A stretch of 63,985 nucleotides of DNA, filler included, from Stramenopiles sp. TOSAG23-2 (taxonomy: Eukaryota): the NCBI GenBank assembly GCA_900128395.1. It is 3 parts of 3 records of this genome, joined end to end, with 100 filler letters (N's around TTAATTAATTAA, not from the genome) between each part and the next. Parts side by side here need not be neighbours in the genome. Positions count along the whole stretch, not along the records: positions 45,334 to 63,985 come from LT649602.1; 2 more parts are not named here. One strand, written 5' to 3'. Both the position numbers and the translations under genes were made by a program. Position 1 is the stretch's first letter. Each line of letters starts with the position of its first letter. Below the pieces are notes generated by a model. It was not told the origin of the DNA and made no database searches. It saw nothing but the letters and a program-made list of their open reading frames with translations. Below, piece by piece: positions 45,939-56,200 of the stretch.

Positions 45939-47048
45939 TAATATTCAATAAAATAACAAGCACAATGTAACAGTGCGAAAAATAATTATAATTGCTGAAA
46001 CTAGAAAAAGCGCTTTGTGTGATTGCAACAGCTGGAATATGTAGGGGATATTATATCTGGTCCAATTATTATTCATCTTCTTCAAATTGATTTATGTATT
46101 CTCCTTTGTTGCTTTATATATTACAGAAGTTGTTTTTGCTTTGTGAATTTTAATTTTTTTTTGTGTTCCCAGGACGGATTCCCTCTTCTTGAAGTGGTTG
46201 AATATTTTGTATACTACTAACTATGAGAAAAACGAGGAAAGAGTCAAGATGTGAAAAAAAAATCTTTCGGTAAAAATGGGCGAAATCTTTTTCAACTTCT
46301 AGAAGGAATCATTACACCATAATTTCAATAATAATTTTCCTTCGATTTTATATTTTTTTTCCATGGTATTCCAGTGCTAAAATGAACTCCGCAATAGATC
46401 TAAAAACAACTTTAACATTTCGCTACGTGTAAAATTACACTTCGTGTGCTTAAATCCGAAAATTATCCAAATATTGACTTCCGATTTCTTCGTAGCGTTT
46501 ACGCGAAGAAAGGCAATCCTATCATATAAAATGGCAAACAAAAACCAAGCGTATTCCTTACCTAACATTAAAAATGACAATAGTGGTGTGATTTTTGGCA
46601 ATATTCTGAGTTCCACTAAAAATAAATATCCGAAAAATGTAGTATATTCGTACAAACGAAACTTAGGTTAGCTATATATAATGAAGGATCTGCAACTTGA
46701 TATAAATAATACATATATATTTGGCAATATTCTGAGTTCCACTAAAAATAAATATCCGAAAAATGTAGTATATTCGTACAAACGAAACTTAGGTTAGCTA
46801 TATATAATGAAGGATCTGCAACTTGATATAAATAATACATATATATATATTCCAAAATGAAACATACATAACGAAAAGAAGAAATAAAGGGACATTATAT
46901 CAGTACGTAAAAAACTATATTTATTTTTATAACATTATTAATATACTTTAGTTAGTATTATACCAGAGGTAGTTGAACAGTTGTTGCAGTTCCAATATTT
47001 AAAATATTAATTATATATAATTTCAACAATAATAATAATATTGGAAAT

Positions 47049-47432
47049 ATGGGCAACTATTTGTGGAAGCAACCACTCCAAACGATCTGCGAGCACCCGT
47101 ATTCAAGCGTAGTAAACACCGCGTTGTACACTGGTAGTTATCTAGCCGGCAGCGCTTATGCCTTATGGTTTTTTATAGGCGAAACCTTTTTCGTGGGGTT
47201 GCACAAGGTGTTTTACAGAAAGGAAAGTTTGGGATTCGAAGATTTGTGTAACTGTATCGCATTGTATTGTGAGGGACTCGTTGGTAAATATTTGGTATCA
47301 CCTTGCAGGTCTTGGGTAATAAACAACTGTCGGTGTGACCTAGTACCGCCATTGCTTCAATGGATCGCCGAAGTGAATGTCCTGAAAAATGTAAAGGAGT
47401 TCACAACTCCACCAAAAAAAAAAAAACAATAA
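47049..47432 (+). CDS. Hypothetical Cys-containing, partly hydrophobic protein
   Basis: 127-aa ORF starting MGNYLW; higher GC than the flanks. Confidence 0.45.
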   Translation: MGNYLWKQPLQTICEHPYSSVVNTALYTGSYLAGSAYALWFFIGETFFVGLHKVFYRKESLGFEDLCNCIALYCEGLVGKYLVSPCRSWVINNCRCDLVPPLLQWIAEVNVLKNVKEFTTPPKKKKQ

Positions 47433-47501
47433 AAGATACCCAATAAAAGCGGACTCTTTTTTCTATATTGTCGTGGATGTAATGGCCAATTATCAAAACA
47501 T

Positions 47502-47741
47502 GTTGAATTCATATCAACAATTGAAGCAAAAGATTATCCAATATATGAGAAAGAACCAATACCGCATACATATGATGCAGTTGTGGCATCACAATATTTT
47601 GCTAATTTCTTTGTGAATGAGGCACGTAAATCAACCCAAACGCTGGGAAATGAAAATGATTATTTGATTTATAATTATAATACAACTTTCACTGGTAAAG
47701 CTGGTGGGTATTTTACTGAAACATATTTTTTTTCATCATAA
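47502..47741 (+). pseudogene. GGH: Gamma-glutamyl hydrolase C-terminal fragment lacking the catalytic His motif
   Basis: VEFISTIEAKDYPIY-EKEPIPHTYDAVVASQYFANFFVNEARKS...LIYNYNTTFTGK..YFTETYFF*; matches the GGH C-terminus, but the G.Q.HPE segment after YPIY is missing. Confidence 0.75.
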
Positions 47742-47940
47742 AAAGGAATTATATTGTACACGACGCAAAGCGTGTGCAGTCCAGCACGCATCGGATATAA
47801 AATTACCAAGTGTATTTTATACGCGAGTATAAGATATATATTGGATAAGATATATAATTTAAAAAAAAAAGCGTATATATATCATAAATATATATATATA
47901 TATTTATAATTTATGATAATTTAATTATAAAGCTCTACAG

Positions 47941-49671
47941 CTACAACCTACTATTACTACTCGTATTACCATTAAAGACAAAGACACTTTTTCCTTTATC
48001 CGTAGATACCATACCGTTCATTCCAACAGAATCTTGTCCTAATAATCCTTCCATCGCTTCCACATCACCACGTGGTAAATTTGCTACAAACCTTTCATTA
48101 TTAGCGTTTAATCTACCGATGATAATACCTCTTGAAGATTTACCATCCCGATCACACATTACTGTATAACTTTCAATTGTTCCTTCGCCGCTTGGATTTT
48201 CAGCAACAATTGCTAATGGTTTTGCATATTCATCTGCTCTTTTTTGTGTTACATATGGATCTTCTCGTCTCCATCCTTCACCATATATATGTTGTTGATT
48301 TGGTTTCGTTGAATATACACCAAATGCATGTTTCGTTATGTAACCACCATTTGCAGTTACTAATCCAGTAACATCTTTACCATTATGCTTTACCTTTGCA
48401 TTTCTTAATACATCAATCATTTTACAGATGGAATGGCCAACGTAATTATTTCCAGGACCTCCATGAAATGGTAATCCACCTGTCACAGTTAATGGCTTAT
48501 TTAATGATTGAAAATCAATGCCAAGTTCATCACATGCCACTTCCACAGCAACTGGAAAGCAGGAATAGATATCAAAAAAATCAATTTCCGTATTTGGATT
48601 ACTAATACCAGCCATTCTTAATGCTTCACCACCTGCAGCTCTCATTGCAGGAGATTTATGTAATTCTCTGCGTTTGCTGACTTGAATTTCATCTTTTGCA
48701 TCACCACAACCATTCAAGAAAACCATTTTGCTTGGATCCACGTTCAATCGAGTAGCTTCACCATACGACATTACTAATATACCAGATGACATGTCTACAT
48801 CCATAACAGCATTTAATCTTTTTCTGTAAAATGGCCTTCCAACCCAACGATTTGCACCACCATCATCAGTAGCCAATTCATCCACGCTATAAGCTGTGCC
48901 AAACCAACTATCTTTCACATTTGCAGATGCAGCAGCAACTTGTGAATAATCAGAAAATAATTTTGCCACAATTTGTGTTTGTTCATCAATCGTACGACCG
49001 TGTGATACGCGTAACGATTGTTCCAATAATGGATAACATGCAATAGGTGCTGCCATTCCATGTCGTCTTTCTTTATCGGAAAACAAACCTTCATTAGATG
49101 TTAATTTTTTTCCGTCAGGAAATGCAGTAAGTCCTACACGTTTACTTAAACGTTGCAATAATTCTTGATTTTCAACTTCATGATCACCCCAACCTAAATC
49201 TTTTCGTGCTGATAATTTATTTTTCCTAGCTTTTTCAAACGAATGAAGAGCTTCACAACCAACAATTAAAGCACATTTATTTAAACCTTTGGAAATGCGT
49301 TCACAAGCTCTGTTGACCAATGCTTGCGGTGTATTTCCACCACCAGCTGTATATACAAATTCGTTCAAGTTATCTTGAGTAGAAATATCTTTATTCGTAG
49401 CTGCTATGCACGCAGCTGGATTATCATAAATCCTAGCATCAGGATGTTCTTTCTCTGCAATAGCTAATCGTGAATCAGCAATCATATTTACAACTGCTAT
49501 TGAATCTAATGATTCTGTATTTTCAATTCCAGCATCTTGAAATGTTTTTGATGTTGCTATATTTAACAGTTCCAACGGGGTTACATAATCATTTTCTTTG
49601 GTTCTACCATTGCGTGGTGCAATATGACGTGCAACACCAACAATGACTGGTAAATTCATTGGATATGCCAT
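47941..49671 (-). CDS. Thiolase-like protein of the bacterial long 'acetyl-CoA acetyltransferase' type, with PTS1 (SRL)
   Basis: PVIVGV, GGNTPQALVN, YPLLEQ.LR, NA.MDVD, DIYSCFP.AV, TVTGGLPFHGGPGNNY, ANGGYITKHA.GVYS; C-terminal -SRL. Confidence 0.88.
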   Translation of the reverse strand: MAYPMNLPVIVGVARHIAPRNGRTKENDYVTPLELLNIATSKTFQDAGIENTESLDSIAVVNMIADSRLAIAEKEHPDARIYDNPAACIAATNKDISTQDNLNEFVYTAGGGNTPQALVNRACERISKGLNKCALIVGCEALHSFEKARKNKLSARKDLGWGDHEVENQELLQRLSKRVGLTAFPDGKKLTSNEGLFSDKERRHGMAAPIACYPLLEQSLRVSHGRTIDEQTQIVAKLFSDYSQVAAASANVKDSWFGTAYSVDELATDDGGANRWVGRPFYRKRLNAVMDVDMSSGILVMSYGEATRLNVDPSKMVFLNGCGDAKDEIQVSKRRELHKSPAMRAAGGEALRMAGISNPNTEIDFFDIYSCFPVAVEVACDELGIDFQSLNKPLTVTGGLPFHGGPGNNYVGHSICKMIDVLRNAKVKHNGKDVTGLVTANGGYITKHAFGVYSTKPNQQHIYGEGWRREDPYVTQKRADEYAKPLAIVAENPSGEGTIESYTVMCDRDGKSSRGIIIGRLNANNERFVANLPRGDVEAMEGLLGQDSVGMNGMVSTDKGKSVFVFNGNTSSNSRL

Positions 49672-50199
49672 GTTCTTCTTTGTTTGTTCTTTTTATTTTA
49701 TTGTTTTCACTTTATTAATATTACTACAAGTAGTGTTGTGTGGTTGTGTAACTTACAATCATAAGTTGATCAATCACTATGAATTATTTCCTTGAAATTA
49801 TTAAAAAGTTTTGTTTGTCTTAATCATTTCAATAATATGCTGTATATCTATCTATAACTAGAAATGGAATAATAATAAATGTTTTCGAATAATATTGGTT
49901 GGACGGGGTCATCAAATTAAAATTCTTCGCCACCCACCTGGTAAAAATTAATAATATATTTTGTATTAATATTATATATTATAATATATATTAATAGTGC
50001 TATTTTTATGCTACTACGACGGGTTTTTTTTTGATGAAAATGGATTGTTTTGTTGAAGAAGATAGAAGAAGATTTAGATTGATTTATTGCACAGTTCACA
50101 GTGGAAGAAGTGCCTCGGAAGAAAGAAAAGAATTTGAAAGAATATATATAGATAAATATAACGTGTAGTAATAACATAATAACATTTTAAACATACATT

Positions 50200-51378
50200 A
50201 TGCAAACAATTGTGGATACATTTCATACTAATTTAGTACCACCACCTGGTGGAACGTTTAAAGTTTTATTACCACCATCATATGAAATTAATAATCCAAA
50301 TAAAATATTTCCATTAATAATTGATTTACATGGTGGAAATGGATCTTGCGAAGATTTAAATGTTGGGTATTATAAAAATGCATGGGGTAATCATTATTTG
50401 CCACATGCTGTTGTTGTAACACCATCTGCTGCACGTTCTCAATATATCAATACATTTGATAAAAAAGAATTATGGGAAGATTATATTGTATTTGAATTAA
50501 TTCCATATATTAAAAAAAGATTTCATGTTTTACAAGGTCAACAAGGTACTTGTATTCTTGGTGTTTCGATGGGTGGGGGTGGGACATTAAGAATTGGATT
50601 TCGATATCCTGAATTATTTGCTGTCATGGCTGCTGTAGAACCGGATTCTGTACCAGCATATGAATTAAAAGATTACCGTCCTCGTAATCGTTTTCATAAA
50701 ATGTCTGCTGCACCAATCTTTGAGAAAATTTATGGATCCTTTCCACCGAAAAAAATCCATACGAATCATTGGAATTTAAATAATGCTCCTTACATAGCAC
50801 GCATGAATGAAGGAAGAATAAAACGAAGTGGCATAAGAATTTACGTGGAATGTGGTAATCTTGATGATTTATTATTTTTTGAAGGTACAGAGTTTACACA
50901 TCGAGCTCTTTGGCGATTAGGTATTAAACATGAATATCGTTCTGTTGATGGAGCCCACCATATTGGACCGTCTATAACACATAGATTTGAAGATTGTTTA
51001 AAATATATAGGCAAAGTATTAAATAATGATTTTATTCATGTACCAACTGTTGCTGAAATAGTAATATCAAATCCAAAATTTCAAAAACTTGTGCAAATGA
51101 TGAGTGGTGAAGATGTTAATAGTATTCATCATGATGATAATGATCAAAATAAGAAGAAGAATAACAACGATGAGGATATAACAAAAGGATTAGCAGAAAG
51201 TTTAGATCTTGATTCCGGTGATTCTATTGCGATAATGAATTTGTTTATGGAACCTGAGTATAAAAAAATGTTAGATGAAGATTCCAAGCCTGGATATGGA
51301 TTAAAAGGGTCACCTAAAGTAAAAGAAGAAGAAGATGGTGGTGATAATAATAATAGTGAATTGGCTAGTAAACTGTGA
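50200..51378 (+). CDS. Alpha/beta-hydrolase esterase (S-formylglutathione hydrolase/antigen-85-like family) with PTS1 (SKL)
   Basis: VLLPPSY...P.IIDLHG, WEDYIV.ELIPYI, GVSMGG nucleophile elbow, CG..D, GAHH; C-terminal -SKL. Confidence 0.88.
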   Translation: MQTIVDTFHTNLVPPPGGTFKVLLPPSYEINNPNKIFPLIIDLHGGNGSCEDLNVGYYKNAWGNHYLPHAVVVTPSAARSQYINTFDKKELWEDYIVFELIPYIKKRFHVLQGQQGTCILGVSMGGGGTLRIGFRYPELFAVMAAVEPDSVPAYELKDYRPRNRFHKMSAAPIFEKIYGSFPPKKIHTNHWNLNNAPYIARMNEGRIKRSGIRIYVECGNLDDLLFFEGTEFTHRALWRLGIKHEYRSVDGAHHIGPSITHRFEDCLKYIGKVLNNDFIHVPTVAEIVISNPKFQKLVQMMSGEDVNSIHHDDNDQNKKKNNNDEDITKGLAESLDLDSGDSIAIMNLFMEPEYKKMLDEDSKPGYGLKGSPKVKEEEDGGDNNNSELASKL

Positions 51379-51665
51379 GACATTATATATATATATATAT
51401 TCAAAATTTATATATACTCTCGTATATATTTAATTTAATTTAATTCTTATATAATTTAAAAAATAAGATTGTGTTGTATTCTTTTGAAGAGTACGGCGTA
51501 GGAATTATCATGTGAGTAAGTTATATATGCATCATAAAAATAAATTAACATGGATGCATAAATTAAAATTTATATATAATGTACGAGTATATATTTTAAT
51601 ACGTAGAAAAAATAACAAAACCTACTAAAACCGAGAAAAACACATATTCTCTCTGCCGTTTTTAA

Positions 51666-52595
51666 TTAAACTAAATCAAGTTCTTCATCATCATTATCTT
51701 TATTTTTCAAACTCAATTTTTTATATTTTTTGCTTTTACCATCTTTACCTCTACGTGTTCGTTGCTTTTTTTTTCTATCACCTTTTGCTTTTGCTTTTTG
51801 TGATAATTTTTTTAATGCAATTGCTTTTCTTTTAGCTAATGATTTTTTTCTTCCATATAATTTACTAGACGTACTTTCACCAATACCAAAATCATCATCG
51901 TAGCTATTTCTTATAGATGATCCATTACTACCATCATCTTCTTTATCTTTTTTGAAAAATCGTGTTTGTACTAGATAACCAGATAAAGATATTAAAAACC
52001 ATACAATCACAAATCCAGCACATGCAAAAGTTGGACATAAAATTGTTTTTGGATCTGTTACTGCTTTCATGACATTAAATGGTATATTTAATAAGAAACA
52101 TCCGCATACGACTATTATCAATGCTCCTGATATTGATGTTGCAATTGCAGCAACTATTTCATATGCTTTATATGCTATATAGGAAAGTATTAACAATACT
52201 ATAAATAACATTATCCATAAAATTAAATTTGACCCTATTATATTTGCAATTCCACTATTCATAAAACCAATCACAAGTGTAAATGCACAACCACCAACTA
52301 TTGCAGCTTGTCCAACCCTTAAAATACATACGCAAAGTGACCCAAATATAATACCACTTATGCCACTAATAATTAACAACGTTTCATTCGCAATACCTGG
52401 AATATTTTGTATTGCCCATAACATTAAAAATGCACCAAAAATAAAACCAAAAACAAACAGACTAAATTTAACATATTTACGCCCTAAATAACATAATAAA
52501 AATCCAATGAATAACATGCAAGCTGCAATGCCTAATGTCACTTCATATCCAAGTGGTGTAAATACACCTAACTGTTGTGTCGATGGATCCATCAT
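51666..52595 (-). CDS. Multi-pass membrane protein, DUF4203/TM7SF3-like
   Basis: IGFLLCYLGRKYVKFSLFVFGFIFG, ATSISGA; ~7 hydrophobic segments; basic tail. Confidence 0.75.
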   Translation of the reverse strand: MMDPSTQQLGVFTPLGYEVTLGIAACMLFIGFLLCYLGRKYVKFSLFVFGFIFGAFLMLWAIQNIPGIANETLLIISGISGIIFGSLCVCILRVGQAAIVGGCAFTLVIGFMNSGIANIIGSNLILWIMLFIVLLILSYIAYKAYEIVAAIATSISGALIIVVCGCFLLNIPFNVMKAVTDPKTILCPTFACAGFVIVWFLISLSGYLVQTRFFKKDKEDDGSNGSSIRNSYDDDFGIGESTSSKLYGRKKSLAKRKAIALKKLSQKAKAKGDRKKKQRTRRGKDGKSKKYKKLSLKNKDNDDEELDLV

Positions 52596-53095
52596 GTCTT
52601 TTTTTACATATATATATATATGTTATTAATCGATTCTAGTAAATAATATATATATAGATCTATATGTTGCTACTATTAAAAATGTTTTAGTTCTCCCTGG
52701 TTTTATTTTTATTATTCGATTGAATTTTCTTCCATATAATAAAACTTTATAATTTATTATTTATAACGTCTTCCTTTGATGGTCTTCTTCCCATAAGATC
52801 GAGCAATCCAGCAATGTCTGTGTGGTGGTAGTAATATTAATGTGCTATTAGTATAATCCCTGCTATTCACCTACTAATAATTTATAAAATCAGGAAGGAA
52901 AAAAAAATGAATAATTTTTTTCAATTATTATTCAATTTTTTTAGCACCTTTAATTTTAATTCAATACATCGAAAACAAGATTTATTTTATTATATTATTC
53001 TAATTATGGAAAGACGAATATCATACAGAGGGAAATGCGAAACAAACGTAATTACGAATAAAAACAAATAATATAAAAGAAGAAAGAAAAAAGAT

Positions 53096-53764
53096 ATGGC
53101 GGCAATTGCAAAAGAGACGACAAAATTGGAGGATGTAAATAATAATAATGATAATGATGATGATGCTAATAATGATCAAGAAAGAATAGAACAACATAAA
53201 AAAGAATTAACCAACATGGTTAGTGAATATGAAAAACATACAAATGGTGAAATTAAATATAAACAATATGTAGATGAAAATGAAATGCCAGCGATTCGTG
53301 AATTAATTGCACGAGATCTAAGTGAACCATATTCAATATATACATATAGGTACTTTATAAATAGTTGGCCTAATTTATGTTGGTTAGCATATGCTGATGA
53401 AAAATTAGTTGGTGTAGTAATAAGTAAAGCAGATAATCATCGTGGAAAACGTTTACGTGGTTATATTGCTATGTTAGCAGTTGATTCCAACTTTAGGAAA
53501 CGACGTATTGGTACAAATTTAGTTAGTTTAACTATTAAAGGTATGGAAATTATGAATGCAGATGAATGTGTACTTGAAGCATTGATAAATAATTATGGTG
53601 CATTGCGTTTATATGGTAGTTTAGGGTTTGTAAGAGCAAAACGGTTGCCAAAATATTATTTAAATGGTTTAGATGCATATCGATTAAAATTATATTTGAA
53701 AGATCCAATTCATGAATATCAAAAATTAATATCACCAACAATTGAAGCGCCATCACCAAGTTAA
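53096..53764 (+). CDS. NAA30: N-alpha-acetyltransferase 30 (NatC catalytic subunit, Mak3)
   Basis: DLSEPYSIYTYRYF..WP, RGYIAMLAVD..FRKR.IG, LY..LGF.R.KRL..YYLNG.DAYRLKL. Confidence 0.95.
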   Translation: MAAIAKETTKLEDVNNNNDNDDDANNDQERIEQHKKELTNMVSEYEKHTNGEIKYKQYVDENEMPAIRELIARDLSEPYSIYTYRYFINSWPNLCWLAYADEKLVGVVISKADNHRGKRLRGYIAMLAVDSNFRKRRIGTNLVSLTIKGMEIMNADECVLEALINNYGALRLYGSLGFVRAKRLPKYYLNGLDAYRLKLYLKDPIHEYQKLISPTIEAPSPS

Positions 53765-53989
53765 TAAAAAAAAGAAAAAACAAAAGAAGGAGGGGGGGAG
53801 GGGAGATCGACATTAAAAATATTTCATTCTAAATATATATATTATATACGTAAGAGAAAAACACATATAATAATTCTCGGACACCAGTATATTCCTTTAG
53901 ATACATATAATATATTTTTCTCTTTTTTGGGAAAACAATATTGAGAAATACCTCTTCTCTCTCCCTCTGATGTCACACATTTTTTCCCT

Positions 53990-55630
53990 CTACACTAAAT
54001 GACCCATACAATCATCCCCATGACAATCTGCATGTGGAAATGTACGTGGTACAATAGATACGGCTGTAGTAAAATCATACCATCCATCTACACCAACAGG
54101 CCAGCCTAATCTTCTACGATGTCGCATTTCATGTTCTAAATTAAATTGAGCAACATCAGCTTTTGGTTTAGGGCCTTCAAACTGTGCGTTGATGAAAAAT
54201 GCGGTCCATCTACCATCTTTAAGTGGTTCTCTCGATGCTTTATATGTCAATGGGGCAACTTTTGTTAAACGTATTCTTGACCAAAATATTTTTAAATTTA
54301 AACATAAACCTTGTGCTACAACACCACATACACATGGTTTATCTGCATTTAATAATCTAAAATCACGACGTATGTTATTACATGAATGTGCATACCACAT
54401 ATCAACAGCAATAGGCTCCACGTTAGTTTTCATCGTGATCTCCCCTGTTGTTTGATCAATATCCCATGTCATTTCTGGTGGTGTGATATCTGTCAATACA
54501 CTCCGCATGTATGTACTTAATGCTGGTAATATTTCTAAAATTCCAGTAGCTTGACTATGATCTGAATTTGGTGTAATAAGAAAATGTTTTGGTTCTGTCA
54601 TATTATCCCACCAATATGTGGTATCATCTGGGAGTAAAAATTCATCCATACCAGCATTAATAACAACTTTTGGTATGCCTTTTAAACGATCGGCAAACCA
54701 ATATGCATCAATAATCTTTGCCATTTTTAATGTATTTGGATCGTCCAAATGTTTAGTGAAATTCAACGCTGTATAATCTTTCAAAGCCCAACTCCATCCC
54801 CCATTATATGCACGATAATGATGATGTAAATTTTGAATCATATTCAATTCATCAAGCACTACAGGTGCCATCATTTTGACACGTTGATTATCTGCAGCAG
54901 CTGTTGTCCAAGTTGTCCATCCACGTTTAGATGCACCAGCAACGCCATATGTTGTTAAATTGATTGATTTATCAATCGTTGGTGCAAAGGTTTGCATAGT
55001 ATCAAATGCACGTACAGCTGCTTTTGTCATAGGAAAACGTAACAACCATGTTGGATCACTTGAATCCTTAATAAAATGATCCCATGTAAATGCTATGGTC
55101 GCATCTTCCTGTCGTTGCTTTTGTATTGGATCGGTCGCAAATAATACCGGTTGATTTGGTACTTGAAAAAGTATCCCTGCAACAATACCATTATGTACTG
55201 CTTGGTATGCACCAACAATAATATCTTCGTTCTTTGCATTGTATCCATTTATATCTTCACTATTTTTATTATTTCCACCAGTAATCCATAAAAAACCAAA
55301 GTCCGTATGTTGAATTTTCTTCGGAACAATAATAACAAGTATGTGCCACCATACTGGACGATCTGAGTCCTTGCTGGTTAGCCATGTTTGTGATGTCATA
55401 TTTACGAGGTAACCTGTATAATCTTTTGCCATAATACGTTTACCAGTATCTTCATATTTATATGTATCGTCCGGTTTATGAACATAATTATATAAACATT
55501 GAAAACCAGTGCATGCATCATCATTATTTTCATTTATTCCATTATTTTCACTACCATATGCCACTATTTGCTGAAACGATCCAACGAGGAGAAGGAGTAG
55601 TACTATTATTATCAATTGATATACTTTCAT
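53990..55630 (-). CDS. PhoPQ-activated pathogenicity-related protein (PqaA) / AprA-like secreted hydrolase
   Basis: Signal peptide; NMTSQTW..W.H, QVPNQP, ED..IA.TW, PMTKAAVRA.D, GASKRGWTTW, DEFLLPD, PN.DH. Confidence 0.88.
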   Translation of the reverse strand: MKVYQLIIIVLLLLLVGSFQQIVAYGSENNGINENNDDACTGFQCLYNYVHKPDDTYKYEDTGKRIMAKDYTGYLVNMTSQTWLTSKDSDRPVWWHILVIIVPKKIQHTDFGFLWITGGNNKNSEDINGYNAKNEDIIVGAYQAVHNGIVAGILFQVPNQPVLFATDPIQKQRQEDATIAFTWDHFIKDSSDPTWLLRFPMTKAAVRAFDTMQTFAPTIDKSINLTTYGVAGASKRGWTTWTTAAADNQRVKMMAPVVLDELNMIQNLHHHYRAYNGGWSWALKDYTALNFTKHLDDPNTLKMAKIIDAYWFADRLKGIPKVVINAGMDEFLLPDDTTYWWDNMTEPKHFLITPNSDHSQATGILEILPALSTYMRSVLTDITPPEMTWDIDQTTGEITMKTNVEPIAVDMWYAHSCNNIRRDFRLLNADKPCVCGVVAQGLCLNLKIFWSRIRLTKVAPLTYKASREPLKDGRWTAFFINAQFEGPKPKADVAQFNLEHEMRHRRRLGWPVGVDGWYDFTTAVSIVPRTFPHADCHGDDCMGHLV

Positions 55631-56200
55631 TGTTATAGAAGACTATTTTTATCTATAATAATTTCAATAATTGCTCGAAGAATTTTAAAAAGCTACACAA
55701 GAAGAGAGAATCACAATAAAGGATACAAAGAATTATATAATTATATTGGAAAGAGTTTAGAGCCACGGGAGTTTTAAATTCTATAATATATAGTTTAATT
55801 GTATTGGGAAAGTATTTATATTAAAGTTTACTGATATATCTAAATCATAATTTTCAACTAGCTAGTTAATCAAGTGTTTACGTGCTTACCGAGTCTCAGA
55901 TTGGTTAGGTCGTTCATTATTCGTCGTTGATATCAATAGAATATTAAGGAAATAATAGAATAGGATCACAGCAAGGTAACAAAAACAACATGAGAATATG
56001 AAGGGGGAAAAAATCTCTGAAAATACCTCCTAATATCCTTAAATAATAATCTAGATTAAAAATTCATTACCGCATTTACTACTTTAGTACAGTATGTTAT
56101 AAATTGTCGTCTGTCGTATCGGGAAAACAAATGAAAAGTTTCACTGTTTTTAATAAATTATTTATATTTTGGAATATATATATATGGGGTATATTGTCTC

